A DNA stretch of 64,000 bases from Thermofilaceae archaeon (GTDB taxonomy: Archaea; Thermoproteota; Thermoprotei; Thermofilales; Thermofilaceae): positions 10,058 through 74,057 of the forward strand of contig JAVYWK010000007.1 of NCBI GenBank assembly GCA_038727095.1. The letters are read 5' to 3'. Of the stretch, positions 1 to 10,959 are shown piece by piece. The position numbers and the translations under genes were made by a program. Position 1 is the first letter of the stretch. Every line of letters begins with the position of its first letter. The notes under the pieces were generated by a model. That model made no database searches. It was not told where the DNA came from and saw nothing but the letters and a program-made list of their open reading frames with translations.

Positions 1-3
1 GTT

Positions 4-624
4 ATGGAGGAGTACATGCTGGGACCGAACGGTGCGATAGTAGCCTCCGTCGATCTGATGCTGAACATCATCCCTAGTCTCAGGGAAGAGATACACGAGG
101 TGGCAACCGAGGGTTACGTGCTCCTCGATACTCCGGGGCAGATGGAGATCTTCGCTTTCAGGCGAACAGGAACCGAAATCGTTAAGGAGCTCGTAGGCGA
201 TCGCGGAGGCGTACTATTCATCGTTGACGCCGCGCTTGCTACCTCCTCCTCGGCGTTCGCCTCTCAGATTTTCCTGGCCTCATCCGTTTACTACCGGTTC
301 AGAATTCCGCAGTTCAATGTTTTTAACAAGATTGACCTTTTAAGTGAAGCTGAGCTCGAGAAGATGATCAACTGGGTTAGGGAACCAACGAGCCTCCTTG
401 ACGAGCTGGAGAAAGAGGTTAGCGGCGAAGAAAGGCTAGTCGTCAAAGGCCTCCTCGAGGCTGTAAAGGGGTTCCTCGAATCCTTCTCCATTTACTTTGC
501 GTCCGCAAAAACGGCGCAAGGTTTGGATAGCGTCTACGCCGACCTCCAGAAGTTGTACAAGGGTGGAGAAGACTACGAGCTACCAGAGCACCTTCGCGAG
601 CTCAGGGAGCGAGGGCCCACTTAG
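4..624 (+). CDS. GPN-loop GTPase (5' end probably outside window)
   Basis: LGPNGA (GPN loop), LLDTPGQME and NKIDL motifs; P-loop missing, so truncated by the window edge. Confidence 0.9.
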   Translation: MEEYMLGPNGAIVASVDLMLNIIPSLREEIHEVATEGYVLLDTPGQMEIFAFRRTGTEIVKELVGDRGGVLFIVDAALATSSSAFASQIFLASSVYYRFRIPQFNVFNKIDLLSEAELEKMINWVREPTSLLDELEKEVSGEERLVVKGLLEAVKGFLESFSIYFASAKTAQGLDSVYADLQKLYKGGEDYELPEHLRELRERGPT

Positions 625-1340
625 ACCAGGACTTCAAGTGATTTTTGTGTCAACGCGAAGACTAGTCCACCCCCAGTCACGTGAGGCTGTAGGAAGTCGA
701 AGGTCGTAAGCAACTTGAGAATGAAGCGACGCTCTCGTCCGAGCAGATCTAGCAGGGCTCTACCAACGATCGAGCCTCCACTCTCTAAAACTTCAACAAG
801 TACATCCCTCCCTACAGTCGCAGCCTCGCCGAGCGCGCATGAGATTAAGTCTACTGCGGACGGCGCAGACCATACCGGTAAAGCGGGAGTCTCGTCGCAC
901 CTCTGAATCTCTATGGGGATGCCGAAAATCCCAGCGATGCGATCAACGGTAGTTACGAGGCTCTGTGGAGCTTGTCTGGGGACCTTAACCTTAACCACCA
1001 TTCTCGTGCTTCTGCTCCATATGCTAGATAACGCGATCATAACACTCACATGTGGCACAATGACGTTGAGCGCGATTTCGTCAGAGTAGCCGTGATCCTC
1101 GCGACAGAACCCGCGCAACCACCTGAATACGCGGTAAACCTGCGATGGAGCTATGCTTTCTAGAAGCTCTAAGGTCACGTCTTCACGATCGATCATCGCT
1201 GAAGATTGGATCAGGCGCGAGGCGTGGCGGGGCGTGATCAGTCCGTCAAGTACCATCGCCCGAAACAATATGGGTAGGCTGGAGCTGGAAAAGGAGGGGC
1301 GCGGCAGCGGCTTCGACTTGCAGAATGTCAGTTCGATCAT
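621..1340 (-). CDS. hypothetical protein
   Basis: 239-aa ORF with convergent stop overlapping the GPN gene; divergent TTATTTAAA at about 1362; no recognisable motif. Confidence 0.55.
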   Translation of the reverse strand: MIELTFCKSKPLPRPSFSSSSLPILFRAMVLDGLITPRHASRLIQSSAMIDREDVTLELLESIAPSQVYRVFRWLRGFCREDHGYSDEIALNVIVPHVSVMIALSSIWSRSTRMVVKVKVPRQAPQSLVTTVDRIAGIFGIPIEIQRCDETPALPVWSAPSAVDLISCALGEAATVGRDVLVEVLESGGSIVGRALLDLLGRERRFILKLLTTFDFLQPHVTGGGLVFALTQKSLEVLV

Positions 1341-1396
1341 CTACAGTAACCCCAACTAAGGTTATTTAAAGGTCATCATAGTAAGTGAGGGAATGG

Positions 1397-2518
1397 ATGA
1401 GTGGGGAACAAGTGAGGTCAGTGTTAGTGCTATGCGTTGATAGGGACAATGATATCGGCGAAGTCACGGGATTCGAAACTCCGATAGTCGGAAGTGAGCA
1501 ACTCAGCCGGGTGGCTCTCGAATTCGCAACTAAAAGGCCGGAGGATTCAGATGTGAACGCAATCTTTGCTGCGCTTAGGCTCTACCAGGATCTCAAACGG
1601 AGTGGCAAGCTCGAAAACGTTGAAGTGGCCCTCGTAGCCGGACACAAGGACGAGGGGTTGAAAGCAGACTTGCGCATAGCTGAAGAGCTCGACCGCATAC
1701 TTTCGTCTAAGAAGTTTGACGGGGCGGTGCTCGTTTCGGATGGCCCGACGGATGAGCTGGTGCTCCCCCTCATTCAGTCGAGGCTTCCCGTCCTCTCCGT
1801 ACAGCGAGTACTCGTGCAGCAATCGAGGGGGGTAGAGGAGTCCTTCATACTCTTCCTCCGCTACCTGAGGAGGCTGTTCGAGGAGGAGAAGTACAAGAAG
1901 TACGCGTTGGGTGTGCCAGGCGCATTAATCACGATGTACATCTTGCTTTCACTCACGGTTCCGGCCTATGTGTGGCCTCTAATCACGGTTTCCATCGGCT
2001 TGGCAATGCTCGTGAAAGGGTTTTCCCTTGATGCACGCTTCAAGCAGGTATACGCGTCTTCCCCCATACTTTTTACGGCCATTATAGCCTCGATGCTCAT
2101 CGCAGCGTTGGCACTGGCAACTGGAATTAGCAGCGTGACTGCTCTTGGGAGCGTTGATTTTCTCAAGGCGATCGGCTACTTCCTCCTCACCAGCTTAGGC
2201 GAGCAGATGCTAGTGCTAGATCTGCTTTTCCTCGCGATCCTCCTCCCCCTCGTTGCCCTGGCTCTCGAAGCGTTGCTGGGCGATAAACGATTCGGCACAA
2301 GCGAGGTCGGCGCTGTTGCGATCGCAGTTGTACTACGTCAAGTAATCTTCGAGTACGCTCGACTTCTAGTCGGGGCTGGGAGCATTTTCACGTTGCTACT
2401 CTGGGTTGTCATTGCCATCCTAATCCTAACGGTGCTAGCGTCGATCCTACCGTTAAGCCGGCTTAAGCTTCAGCAGAGAATACACGGCGGTAGTGTCAGT
2501 AAGCAGACGATTAAATAA
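1397..2518 (+). CDS. DUF373 family membrane protein
   Basis: LVLCVDRDNDIG, PEDSDVNA, VSDGPTDE and VQQSRGVE motifs; hydrophobic C-terminal half. Confidence 0.85.
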   Translation: MSGEQVRSVLVLCVDRDNDIGEVTGFETPIVGSEQLSRVALEFATKRPEDSDVNAIFAALRLYQDLKRSGKLENVEVALVAGHKDEGLKADLRIAEELDRILSSKKFDGAVLVSDGPTDELVLPLIQSRLPVLSVQRVLVQQSRGVEESFILFLRYLRRLFEEEKYKKYALGVPGALITMYILLSLTVPAYVWPLITVSIGLAMLVKGFSLDARFKQVYASSPILFTAIIASMLIAALALATGISSVTALGSVDFLKAIGYFLLTSLGEQMLVLDLLFLAILLPLVALALEALLGDKRFGTSEVGAVAIAVVLRQVIFEYARLLVGAGSIFTLLLWVVIAILILTVLASILPLSRLKLQQRIHGGSVSKQTIK

Positions 2519-3606
2519 TGGAACTCGCGATTACACCACGCATGTCAGAGTATAGCGGGTTTGCGACGCCCAAAGAGGGCGTAACCCTCTGCCTTCTAGT
2601 CTCGGGCGCACAGCCGCAGTTAGGAGCTAGAGAGGCTGAGGCAATACTTGGGAGAAGTCTAACGCGCTTAAGCAACCGTCTTCACATTGCTCAGGCCCAC
2701 GATACTAACGAACTGGGCGAAATGTTGCAAAGGTTGTACGACTCCGTACTACTGCAAGAAGCTGTTATCGTCAAAGCAATATCTATGAATCCACCGTCCG
2801 GGAGAGATTTTTACAAATCATTAGCTGCCGCATGTAGTTGGAGCGAGTTAAAAAATAGATCCTTTGCCGTTACTGTTAGAAAGTTAGGGGGCTACCCCTC
2901 CATCAGCTCGATGGAGTTAGCCGCGTGCGTGGCTGAAGGTATTATTGAGTCGCTGGAAGGTAGCTTTAGAGTCGATTTAGAGATTCCAGACATGAATATA
3001 CGCCTAATCACCTCGAAAGACGCCGCAGTGCTAGGAATACAGGCTCTCGATTTAAGGGGTGACAGGCATAGGTTGAGATCTAAGAGGTTCAAGGTTTTCA
3101 AGCACCCAGCCTCCCTGACGCCTGAAGATGCGGGGATTCTAGTCAACTTGACTAGCTGGCGCAGCCCCCTCATCGACCCTTTCTGCGGTTCGGGAACCGT
3201 TGTGGTGGAAGCTTGCATAAGGGGTTTAGAGGCAGTTGGCTTAGACATCGATCCTCGCGCGGCTAGAGGCGCGCATCTCAACCTAGCTTTGTTCTCATGC
3301 GGCGCGCGGGGTCATATCGTCGTGGGAGATGCCACACGTCCCCCCTTCAGAGCCGGAGCGTTCAGAGCCATAGCTACGAACCCACCCTACGGTCGAATTC
3401 TGGCCGCGAAGGAATCCTCACTGGGGCTAGCTCGATCAATGCTGAACGAAGGAGTCCGTATAACCGCGCGCGATGCAGTCTACGCGCTGGTCCTACCCTC
3501 CCCTCTCAACCTGAGCGAAGAGGGCTTCCACGTAGAAGCTTATCCCGTGCGCGTTCATGGCAAGCTCACGAGATATTTTACGGTGGTGAGGAGGAGCGAT
3601 GGTTAA
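2518..3606 (+). CDS. THUMP-domain tRNA m2G methyltransferase (Trm11/TrmG10-like)
   Basis: SFAVTVRK/VDLEIPD THUMP region, DPFCGSGT SAM motif, ATNPPYG. Confidence 0.8.
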   Translation: MELAITPRMSEYSGFATPKEGVTLCLLVSGAQPQLGAREAEAILGRSLTRLSNRLHIAQAHDTNELGEMLQRLYDSVLLQEAVIVKAISMNPPSGRDFYKSLAAACSWSELKNRSFAVTVRKLGGYPSISSMELAACVAEGIIESLEGSFRVDLEIPDMNIRLITSKDAAVLGIQALDLRGDRHRLRSKRFKVFKHPASLTPEDAGILVNLTSWRSPLIDPFCGSGTVVVEACIRGLEAVGLDIDPRAARGAHLNLALFSCGARGHIVVGDATRPPFRAGAFRAIATNPPYGRILAAKESSLGLARSMLNEGVRITARDAVYALVLPSPLNLSEEGFHVEAYPVRVHGKLTRYFTVVRRSDG

Positions 3607-4561
3607 GGGATCCGCGCGCGTGACGTTTCTGGGCACTGGTGCTTCATCTCCCACGAAGAACAGGTGGTTACCCGGCATCCTAGTGAGGATTCGCAACGAA
3701 TTTCTCCTGCTCGACTGCGGGGAAGGTGTTCAATACCGAATTCTGACTGCTGGATTGAGAGTTAACAAGCTTTCAGCCATTCTCATAACGCATCTGCACG
3801 GCGACCATGTGTACGGGCTGCCCGGCCTACTAGAATCGCTCAATAATTGGGGTAGAATCAAACCTCTAACAGTCGTCGGCCCGCAAGACCTGCTAGCGTT
3901 TCTCGAATCCCTGCGACTTCGCGGTAAGTTGAACTACGAAATAGTGTTTGTAAGTGCGCGCGATAAGTTGTCTTTCAGGGGGGAGGGATACACAGTAAAG
4001 GCGGTAGCGGTAATGCACGGGCTCGAAGCCTATGGTTACGTGATAGTTGAGGACCCCCTACCCGGGGAATTTAATGCCGCTAAAGCAGAAGCGCTAGGGA
4101 TACCGCCTGGCCCAGAAAGGATGAGGCTAGTTCAAGGTTACCCTGTAACGCTACCTAATGGTAGAGTCGTTCATCCGAGCGAAGTAGTGAGTCCGAGCAG
4201 AAGGGGATTAAAGATTGTATACAGCGGCGATACCACACCCTGCACCACCTTAGTAGAGGCTGCTCGAGATGCCGATTTACTCATCCATGAAGCAACGTTC
4301 GCGTCCGGACACGTGTACGAGGCAGAGAACAGTTTCCACTCGACTAGCGTGGACGCCGCACAAACGGCTCAAAAAGCAAGTGTAAAGTTCCTCTTTTTGA
4401 CCCACTTTAGCAACAGGTATAGTGAAGGTGATTTATCTCAACTTTTAAGTGAGGCACGCAGTATATTCAAGGAAACATTTTTGGCTAGAGATCTACTGCA
4501 GCTCGAACTACGAAGACTTTATATGAATGGATTAACAATATGGTTTAATAATCTCTCGTAA
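3599..4561 (+). CDS. rnz: ribonuclease Z
   Basis: FLGTGAS, DCGEG, THLHGDH, flexible arm GIPPGP, YSGDT, HEATF, THFSNRY. Confidence 0.95.
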   Translation: MVKGSARVTFLGTGASSPTKNRWLPGILVRIRNEFLLLDCGEGVQYRILTAGLRVNKLSAILITHLHGDHVYGLPGLLESLNNWGRIKPLTVVGPQDLLAFLESLRLRGKLNYEIVFVSARDKLSFRGEGYTVKAVAVMHGLEAYGYVIVEDPLPGEFNAAKAEALGIPPGPERMRLVQGYPVTLPNGRVVHPSEVVSPSRRGLKIVYSGDTTPCTTLVEAARDADLLIHEATFASGHVYEAENSFHSTSVDAAQTAQKASVKFLFLTHFSNRYSEGDLSQLLSEARSIFKETFLARDLLQLELRRLYMNGLTIWFNNLS

Positions 4562-4610
4562 GTCCGTCCTGTGCTTCGATCAAAGTTGCTCGCAGTAATC
4601 CCCGCGGAGA

Positions 4611-5045
4611 CTATGGATCTGGAGGGCTTGTAATCTCCTCGACTGGTACCCCTTGCACTGTTCGAGGAGTTAACCAGAGTATTGCTGCCTCCGGATCCTC
4701 GCAGTTCACCTCAACAATTATCGGTCCTAAGGGGCTTTCTTCGAATTCGTATGTACAGAAACTGACTTTGCCGACGTACGCGGCCTGCTTATTGATGTAG
4801 AACGTAAACCCGCTGGCTGTTAAGCCCTTCAACATGAATGTGCGCGCGGCATCGAGGATCCTTTGCTCGAAGAGGAGGCGCCTGAATTTGACTAAGCTGC
4901 TTGCATCACCCTCCCCTACTAGGAAAGTGCCCTCCCCCACTTGCTCTTCAGTGAGTTTTACGTCGAAGAGATTCGTAACGGCCCTAGCGACTTTTTCTTT
5001 GTCCTCGGTCGGCCTGACTTCTACTCTAACGAGAACCCTCATCAC
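4611..5045 (-). CDS. UPF0201/DUF54 RNA-binding protein
   Basis: VRPTEDKEKV, QRILDAAR, NKQAAYVG and ESPLGPI motifs. Confidence 0.85.
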   Translation of the reverse strand: MMRVLVRVEVRPTEDKEKVARAVTNLFDVKLTEEQVGEGTFLVGEGDASSLVKFRRLLFEQRILDAARTFMLKGLTASGFTFYINKQAAYVGKVSFCTYEFEESPLGPIIVEVNCEDPEAAILWLTPRTVQGVPVEEITSPPDP

Positions 5046-5056
5046 TGCGACCCGAG

Positions 5057-5245
5057 TTACACTATTCTGACACGGTTAAGCTTCTTGTTCTGCCACGAGT
5101 ACTCTTTCATCCTGCGGGATCTACCGAAACCGCATGCCGCGCAGTAGCGCTTCCTTACGTTGTAGCTGTGCCGACCGCATCGGCGGCATCTGATGTGGGT
5201 CTTCTTCCTTCCTCTCTTACCGAAAGACGTGGTTCCCTTCACCAC
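5057..5245 (-). CDS. rpl37e: 50S ribosomal protein L37e
   Basis: KGTTSFGKR...[13 protein letters not shown]...CAACGFG zinc finger. Confidence 0.95.
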   Translation of the reverse strand: MVKGTTSFGKRGRKKTHIRCRRCGRHSYNVRKRYCAACGFGRSRRMKEYSWQNKKLNRVRIV

Positions 5246-5261
5246 AGTTACCACCCTTATA

Positions 5262-5480
5262 TCATGCTGCGGGGCTTATGAGGATCACATTATCCCCCCT
5301 AACTACGACATGCCCCAGCTTACGTGTACGGCCTTCCTTAACCTCCTCTGCTTCCTCGAGTAGTAAGTTGAGGTGAGAGTCGAAGCTCTTTAGCACCCCT
5401 CTCAGCTCTCTGCCACCCTTAAGTTTCACTAGTACTTGCTTATTCACTGAGATTCTGAGCAAGTTGAGTGTAGAGCTCAT
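5262..5480 (-). CDS. Sm/LSm-like RNA-binding protein
   Basis: Sm1 [24 protein letters not shown] and Sm2 VVRGDNV; upstream of rpl37e as usual in archaea. Confidence 0.93.
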   Translation of the reverse strand: MSSTLNLLRISVNKQVLVKLKGGRELRGVLKSFDSHLNLLLEEAEEVKEGRTRKLGHVVVRGDNVILISPAA

Positions 5481-5548
5481 TTTTCGTGCACCTTCACCGG
5501 CCTCTGTCGATAACTCTATATAAGCCAATCGCCACGGTGCTGTTGAGG

Positions 5549-5625
5549 GGGCCCGTGGCCTAGCATGGAAAGGCGCCGGCCTTCGGAGCCGGAAAACCCG
5601 GGTTCAAGTCCCGGCGGGCCCGCCA
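5549..5625 (+). tRNA. tRNA-Arg(TCG), intronless
   Basis: GGGCCCG/CGGGCCC acceptor, CCGGC-CTTCGGA-GCCGG anticodon arm, GGTTCAAGTCC, encoded CCA. Confidence 0.95.
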
Positions 5626-5751
5626 CCCGTTCGATCTTTACTGATGGTTGATCAGCTGAGCGCAGCTAGCCCCAGGTAGTTAGTGGGAAAGTTCTAAGGC
5701 GTCCCTTGCGTACCGCCTGACGAGCTCTCCTCGCAGGTACGTCTTAATCGG

Positions 5752-7956
5752 CTACAGTGTGACATAGTCTTCAACCGTGGGTAAGCGTGGCGGGAGCCCT
5801 TTTCGCTTCCGGATCTCCATGATTAAGTCCGTGAGAACCGACTGGGGGACTGGATACCAGTGCGAGAACTCTGTGGCCCAGAAAGCTCTTCCCTGCGTGG
5901 CTTCGCGCATCTCATCAGCTAGATTGAAGGACTCGCTGACTGGTATCTCCCCGAGCACTCTCATCAGCACGCCGCGCTGCTCCAAGTTTAAGATCTTTCC
6001 TCTATGCTTATTCAAAACGTTTAACGCTCCGCTTAGCCACTCCTGCGGGACTCGCACCTCGATTTTTAGAATGGGTTCGAGGAGCGTTGGTGCAGCATCC
6101 ATGAAGCTGGCGAAGATAGCGTTCTTGGTGGCTGGCATTATCTGGGCAGGCCCCCTATGTGCTGGATCTTCGTGGAGCTGAGCATCGACGAGAACCACCT
6201 TGGCCCCCCTTACGGGCTCCTGGGCTAGTGGCCCAGCTTGCATAGCCCAGCGGAAGCCCTGAACTATCGTGTCGGCCACCTCTCGCAGGTACTGGACGCC
6301 GGTCGTCCTATTGACGAATATGTTGAAGTTCTCGTCGATGTCCCAGATCCCTCTAGCCTCGTCAGTATCCCAGCCGGCGTACTCCCTCAGTAGTTTAGCC
6401 CGCTCCCTCCACTCCTGGTCTGCATACACTTTGCCCTCCTGCATGAGTTTCAAGGTTTCCTCGTTCAGAGGCTCAATGTAGATGTAGAGCCTGTTGTGCT
6501 TGTTTGGCGATTTGCCCTCAAACACGTTGCCGCGCTTCCTTACTGTCTCCCTGTACCTAACGATTGGCTGCGACGTGATGATGTCTAGACTAGTCCTTTG
6601 CTTCAGGTCCCAGAGAACGATTTCCAAGTGCAGGGTGCCCATGCCGCTAATTAGGTATTCACCGGTCTCCTCGTTTATGTAGACCTTTAGGGTGGGATCC
6701 TCGATGGCGAGCTTTCTCAGTGAATCGACGAGTTTGGGTAGATCGCTGCTCCTCTTTGGTTCCACAGCGATAGTTACTACCGGCTCGCTGATGTAGCTCA
6801 TCCGCTCAAACGGGACCATCGAATCCTTGTACTTGATGTCGACTACAGTTTCACCCGCCCTTGCCTTCTCCAACCCTAGTAAAGCTACGATGTTTCCAGA
6901 GCTCACTTCATCGATTTTCTCCCTGTAGGGTCCCATGTACAGGCTGACCTGGAGAACCTTACCGCCGTCCCTCGCATTGAGAAGCCATACTTCGTCACCC
7001 GGCCTTACTGTTCCACTGAAGACCCTGCCGGTCGCTACGAAACCAGCGTGGGGATCGGCCACTACCTTACTGATGGCTATCACTAGCGGGCCCTCTGGGT
7101 TGCACTCCAGCATCGCTCTGCCGATCTCCCCATCCAGGTCGCCTCTCCACAGCTTGGGAACCCTGTACATCTGCGCCTCCCTCGGATTGGGTACGTGCTC
7201 GACAATCATGTCGAGTAGGGCAACGTGAAGCGGGAAGTCGTTCGCCAGCTGATCGTGGTACCCCTTTTCGTAGGCGTCGATTATGTAATCGAATTTTACA
7301 CCTTTCTCAACCGCTATGGGTACCGTCAAGCCCCATTTATGGAGGGCACTTCCAAAAGCTACCTGACCCTTCTTAAAATCCACTTTCCATTTGTCCTTGA
7401 ACTCGGGGTCGGCGTACATCTCGACAAGCACGTTGAAGTCGCGCACTATCTCCACGAACCGCTGCTGTATTTCCTGGGGGCTCAGACGGAGCTCCTTAAT
7501 CAGCCTGTCCACCTTGTTTATGAAGAGTAAGGGTCTCACGTACTCGTTCAACCCCTGCCTCACAACGGTCTCTGTCTGCGTCATCACGCCCTCCACAGCG
7601 TCAACCACTACGAGCCCACCGTCCATCAGCCTAAGGCTTCTGGTAACGTGGCCCGTGAAGTCCACGTGGCCGGGCGTATCCACAAGGTTGATCACGTAGG
7701 GCTTACCCCTCCACTCGTGGTAAAGCGAAATGTTAGCCGCCTTTACCGTCATCTGCCTCAGCTGCTCGATTTCCACGTAATCGAGAGCCAGAGCTTTACC
7801 AGCAACCTTAGGGCTGAGAAGGCCCGCTGCCATTAGTAGAGAGTCGGAAGTCGTCGTCTTCCCGTGATCTACGTGCGCTAGAGTCCCTATGTTACGCACT
7901 TGCTCTACGTTCCTCATTATCCTGGCTATCTCTTCGACCTGTTTGAAGCGCACCAT
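5752..7956 (-). CDS. fusA: elongation factor EF-2
   Basis: AHVDHGKTT, DTPGHVDF, NKVD; diphthamide loop LHEDPAHRGPAQ. Confidence 0.98.
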   Translation of the reverse strand: MVRFKQVEEIARIMRNVEQVRNIGTLAHVDHGKTTTSDSLLMAAGLLSPKVAGKALALDYVEIEQLRQMTVKAANISLYHEWRGKPYVINLVDTPGHVDFTGHVTRSLRLMDGGLVVVDAVEGVMTQTETVVRQGLNEYVRPLLFINKVDRLIKELRLSPQEIQQRFVEIVRDFNVLVEMYADPEFKDKWKVDFKKGQVAFGSALHKWGLTVPIAVEKGVKFDYIIDAYEKGYHDQLANDFPLHVALLDMIVEHVPNPREAQMYRVPKLWRGDLDGEIGRAMLECNPEGPLVIAISKVVADPHAGFVATGRVFSGTVRPGDEVWLLNARDGGKVLQVSLYMGPYREKIDEVSSGNIVALLGLEKARAGETVVDIKYKDSMVPFERMSYISEPVVTIAVEPKRSSDLPKLVDSLRKLAIEDPTLKVYINEETGEYLISGMGTLHLEIVLWDLKQRTSLDIITSQPIVRYRETVRKRGNVFEGKSPNKHNRLYIYIEPLNEETLKLMQEGKVYADQEWRERAKLLREYAGWDTDEARGIWDIDENFNIFVNRTTGVQYLREVADTIVQGFRWAMQAGPLAQEPVRGAKVVLVDAQLHEDPAHRGPAQIMPATKNAIFASFMDAAPTLLEPILKIEVRVPQEWLSGALNVLNKHRGKILNLEQRGVLMRVLGEIPVSESFNLADEMREATQGRAFWATEFSHWYPVPQSVLTDLIMEIRKRKGLPPRLPTVEDYVTL

Positions 7957-8166
7957 CCGGACTCGCTTCGAGCTTTAGGCTGATCTTTTATAAGGTTTCT
8001 GCGTTGGTCCAGCCCGCTTTGCACGTATCTCCTTGCGGCAGCACCGAGCTTGAGTAAGGCTACACTTTTGAGAAATGCGCGATTTTTACGAGCTCAGCAT
8101 CTCCAACTCAAGGTTCAAGAACGGCCGCGACCCTGCTGGCAGGTGCATGATCGATTCGTGCTAGCG

Positions 8167-8721
8167 TCAGGCTTTATCGGGGTGCAGCCGCAAGTATTCT
8201 CTCACGAAGGTTTCCAGCACTCTTTTTACCCCCTCCACGTCGAGAGCTGCTGTATTGATCACGATATCTGCTATTGAAAGATCCTCTATATCGACTCCGT
8301 AATACTTGAGAGCCCTAGCTCTGTTGCTCAACTCCCTTGTTCGCACCTCCTTCTCGACCTCAACGATAGGTTTAGCCTCCCTTTTCGCGACTCTTTCGAC
8401 CCTCACCTCTAGGGGGGCCACGAGCACTATCTTCAAGTCCGCGTGTTCGCTTAGGAGCCACACAGCTAAGTGGCCCTCTATGACGACTCCTCCCCGCTCA
8501 GCCTCTCTGAGAGCACGCACGTCAACCTCCCTATCAATACTCTCGTCCAACTCAGCCAGCCTGTGGAGTTCAACCAAATCGATGCCCCTCTCCTGAGCGA
8601 TTCGCCTAAACAGCTCTCCGCTCGAAACGTACCTCAGGTTGAAAACCTGAGCAATGTGCCTGGCATAGGTCGTCTTGCCGGTCCCGGGTTTACCGCTGAC
8701 CGCTACCGTTAAGCGCCTCAT
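8167..8721 (-). CDS. cmk: cytidylate kinase
   Basis: SGKPGTGKTT, SSGELFR, VIEGHL; follows rpl34e. Confidence 0.9.
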   Translation of the reverse strand: MRRLTVAVSGKPGTGKTTYARHIAQVFNLRYVSSGELFRRIAQERGIDLVELHRLAELDESIDREVDVRALREAERGGVVIEGHLAVWLLSEHADLKIVLVAPLEVRVERVAKREAKPIVEVEKEVRTRELSNRARALKYYGVDIEDLSIADIVINTAALDVEGVKRVLETFVREYLRLHPDKA

Positions 8722-8725
8722 GACT

Positions 8726-8992
8726 CTACCTTGATGTGTATAAAACATCGACGGTGGATTTCAGCGCAACCTTCAGGCATGTGGGGCACAGATAGCCGCC
8801 GTAAATCCGGGTGGGAGGCCTATGACCCCTCCGCTCTTCCCTCGACGTCATCTTGGGGAAGCCATGCAGCGGACGCTTGCATAGGGCGCACTTGGGGTAG
8901 TCGTGCCTCTTATCGACTACGCGCAACGCCAACCTGCCACCAGGCGTGCGCACGAGCTTCCACTTGCTTCTCCTTATCGATGGCCTCGGCAT
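8726..8992 (-). CDS. rpl34e: 50S ribosomal protein L34e
   Basis: RTPGGR, CALC...RIYGGYLCPTC. Confidence 0.95.
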   Translation of the reverse strand: MPRPSIRRSKWKLVRTPGGRLALRVVDKRHDYPKCALCKRPLHGFPKMTSREERRGHRPPTRIYGGYLCPTCLKVALKSTVDVLYTSR

Positions 8993-9041
8993 CGCGAGGT
9001 GCCCTACTCCAGCTTTAAAAACTTTGAAGGCTGAGTGATGC

Positions 9042-9530
9042 GTGCAGGTGAGCGAACTCTTCAGTGGGAGTTTTTCCGTGATCGCGGCTACAGCCCTGAT
9101 CTACGCTCTCTTCGCACTGTTGAGGGCTGTAAGCCGCCTGGTCATCAATAGAGCAAAGCTGGAGAAGATAGAGGCTGAAGTCAAGTCGTGGGAGGAGCGA
9201 AGGCGAAGGGCTATTCAGAGCCGCGATATGAAGCTTTACGAACGCGTGCAGAGGGAGCAAGCTAGGATAGATAAGTTGAGGAGGGAGGCCGACCTCGAGA
9301 GGATGAAGGCATCGGCCGTATCTATTGTTGCATGGCCCATCCTCCTCACACTGCTTTGGAGGGTGACCGGCGACCCGGTCGTCGCACTCGCCCCTGCACC
9401 GTGGGGTTACACGCAGATTACATTCTCCGCTTGGTTTATTGCAAACGCCATTTGGGCGAACGCGCTTCTCGATAGAATCGCGTCGCTTCTGCATCAGGCA
9501 TTCACGGCTGGAAAGCAGTCCCACGGGTAG
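9042..9530 (+). CDS. EMC3/TMCO1 (DUF106, Oxa1-superfamily) membrane protein
   Basis: TM - coiled coil - TM - TM architecture; neighbour of rpl34e/cmk. Confidence 0.7.
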   Translation: MQVSELFSGSFSVIAATALIYALFALLRAVSRLVINRAKLEKIEAEVKSWEERRRRAIQSRDMKLYERVQREQARIDKLRREADLERMKASAVSIVAWPILLTLLWRVTGDPVVALAPAPWGYTQITFSAWFIANAIWANALLDRIASLLHQAFTAGKQSHG

Positions 9531-9628
9531 CTACACGCTATAACTGACTTAGAGATCCTTACTCAGTTGCGGTCGAGAGAGAAACTTTATAAACGAATGT
9601 TAAAGGCATTCACTGCAAAGGTGGGAGT

Positions 9629-10942
9629 ATGAGCTCTGCAAGCGCACAGAAGAAGCCTCATCTTAACTTAGTGGTTATCGGGCACATCGACCACGGCAAA
9701 TCAACGCTGATGGGCAGGTTTCTCTACGAACTGGGGACTGTAGACGAGCGAACAATCAGAGAGTATGAGGAGGAGGCGAAAAAGCTAGGTAAAGAGACAT
9801 TCAAGTTTGCTTGGGTTCTCGACAGGTTGAAGGAAGAGAGGGAAAGGGGTATTACAATCGACCTAGGGTTCTACAAGTTCGAAACTAATAAATACTTCTT
9901 CACCCTTATCGACGCGCCGGGGCATAGGGACTTCGTTAAAAACATGGTCACGGGCGCCAGCCAGGCTGATTGCGCGTTGCTGGTCGTCAGCGCTAAGGAG
10001 GGCGAGTACGAGGCTGGCATGAGCCCTGGCGGCCAGACGCGGGAGCACGCGTTCCTGGCCAAGACCATGGGCGTCGACCAGATAATGGTCGCCATCAACA
10101 AGATGGACACGGTCAACTACAGCCAGCAGAGATACGAGGAAGTGAAGAACGGAGTTAGCAGGCTCCTTAGAATGGTCGGTTACAACATAAACAAAGTGCA
10201 TTTCATCCCCGTCTCCGCGTGGGATGGAGTCAACGTAACCAAGCTGAACAAAGACAAAACACCGTGGTACAATGGTCCCACATTGTTGGAGGCCTTCGAC
10301 TCTCTTGAAGAGCCCACGAGGCCCATCGATAAGCCGCTTAGAGTCCCGATTCAGGATGTGTACTCCATAAAGGGAGTGGGCACAGTACCCGTGGGTAGGG
10401 TGGAAACCGGCATCCTCAAGGTCAACGATGTAGTGGTCTTCATGCCACCAAACGTGAAGGGTGAGGTAAAGTCCATAGAAACTCACCACACAAGGATCGA
10501 TCAGGCGATCCCCGGTGACAACATCGGCTTCAACGTGAAGGGTGTTGAACGCGCACAGCTCAAGAGGGGTGATGTTGCTGGACATCCCACGAGCCCGCCA
10601 ACAGTGGCCGAGGAGTTTGTTGGCAGGATATACGTGCTCTTCCACCCAACAGCCATCGCCGCTGGCTACACACCGGTTCTCCACATTCACACAGCAACCG
10701 TACCTATTAGATTCGCAGCCATCGAGAAGAAGCTAGATCCCAGGACTGGCGCCGCCGTGGAAGAGAACCCGGCATTTATCAAGCAAGGCGACGCAGCTAT
10801 AGTGAGATTCAAGCCTTTGAAGCCCGTCGTAGTGGAGAAGTACTCCGATCTACCGCAGCTAGGTCGATTCGCGATAAGAGACTCTGGCAGAACGATCGCC
10901 GCTGGCGTCGTAATCGACGTAGTTCCAGCCAAAGCGCAGTAA
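9629..10942 (+). CDS. tuf: elongation factor EF-1 alpha
   Basis: [37 protein letters not shown]. Confidence 0.98.
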   Translation: MSSASAQKKPHLNLVVIGHIDHGKSTLMGRFLYELGTVDERTIREYEEEAKKLGKETFKFAWVLDRLKEERERGITIDLGFYKFETNKYFFTLIDAPGHRDFVKNMVTGASQADCALLVVSAKEGEYEAGMSPGGQTREHAFLAKTMGVDQIMVAINKMDTVNYSQQRYEEVKNGVSRLLRMVGYNINKVHFIPVSAWDGVNVTKLNKDKTPWYNGPTLLEAFDSLEEPTRPIDKPLRVPIQDVYSIKGVGTVPVGRVETGILKVNDVVVFMPPNVKGEVKSIETHHTRIDQAIPGDNIGFNVKGVERAQLKRGDVAGHPTSPPTVAEEFVGRIYVLFHPTAIAAGYTPVLHIHTATVPIRFAAIEKKLDPRTGAAVEENPAFIKQGDAAIVRFKPLKPVVVEKYSDLPQLGRFAIRDSGRTIAAGVVIDVVPAKAQ

Positions 10943-10959
10943 AGTCGAGGTTAGAGGCA

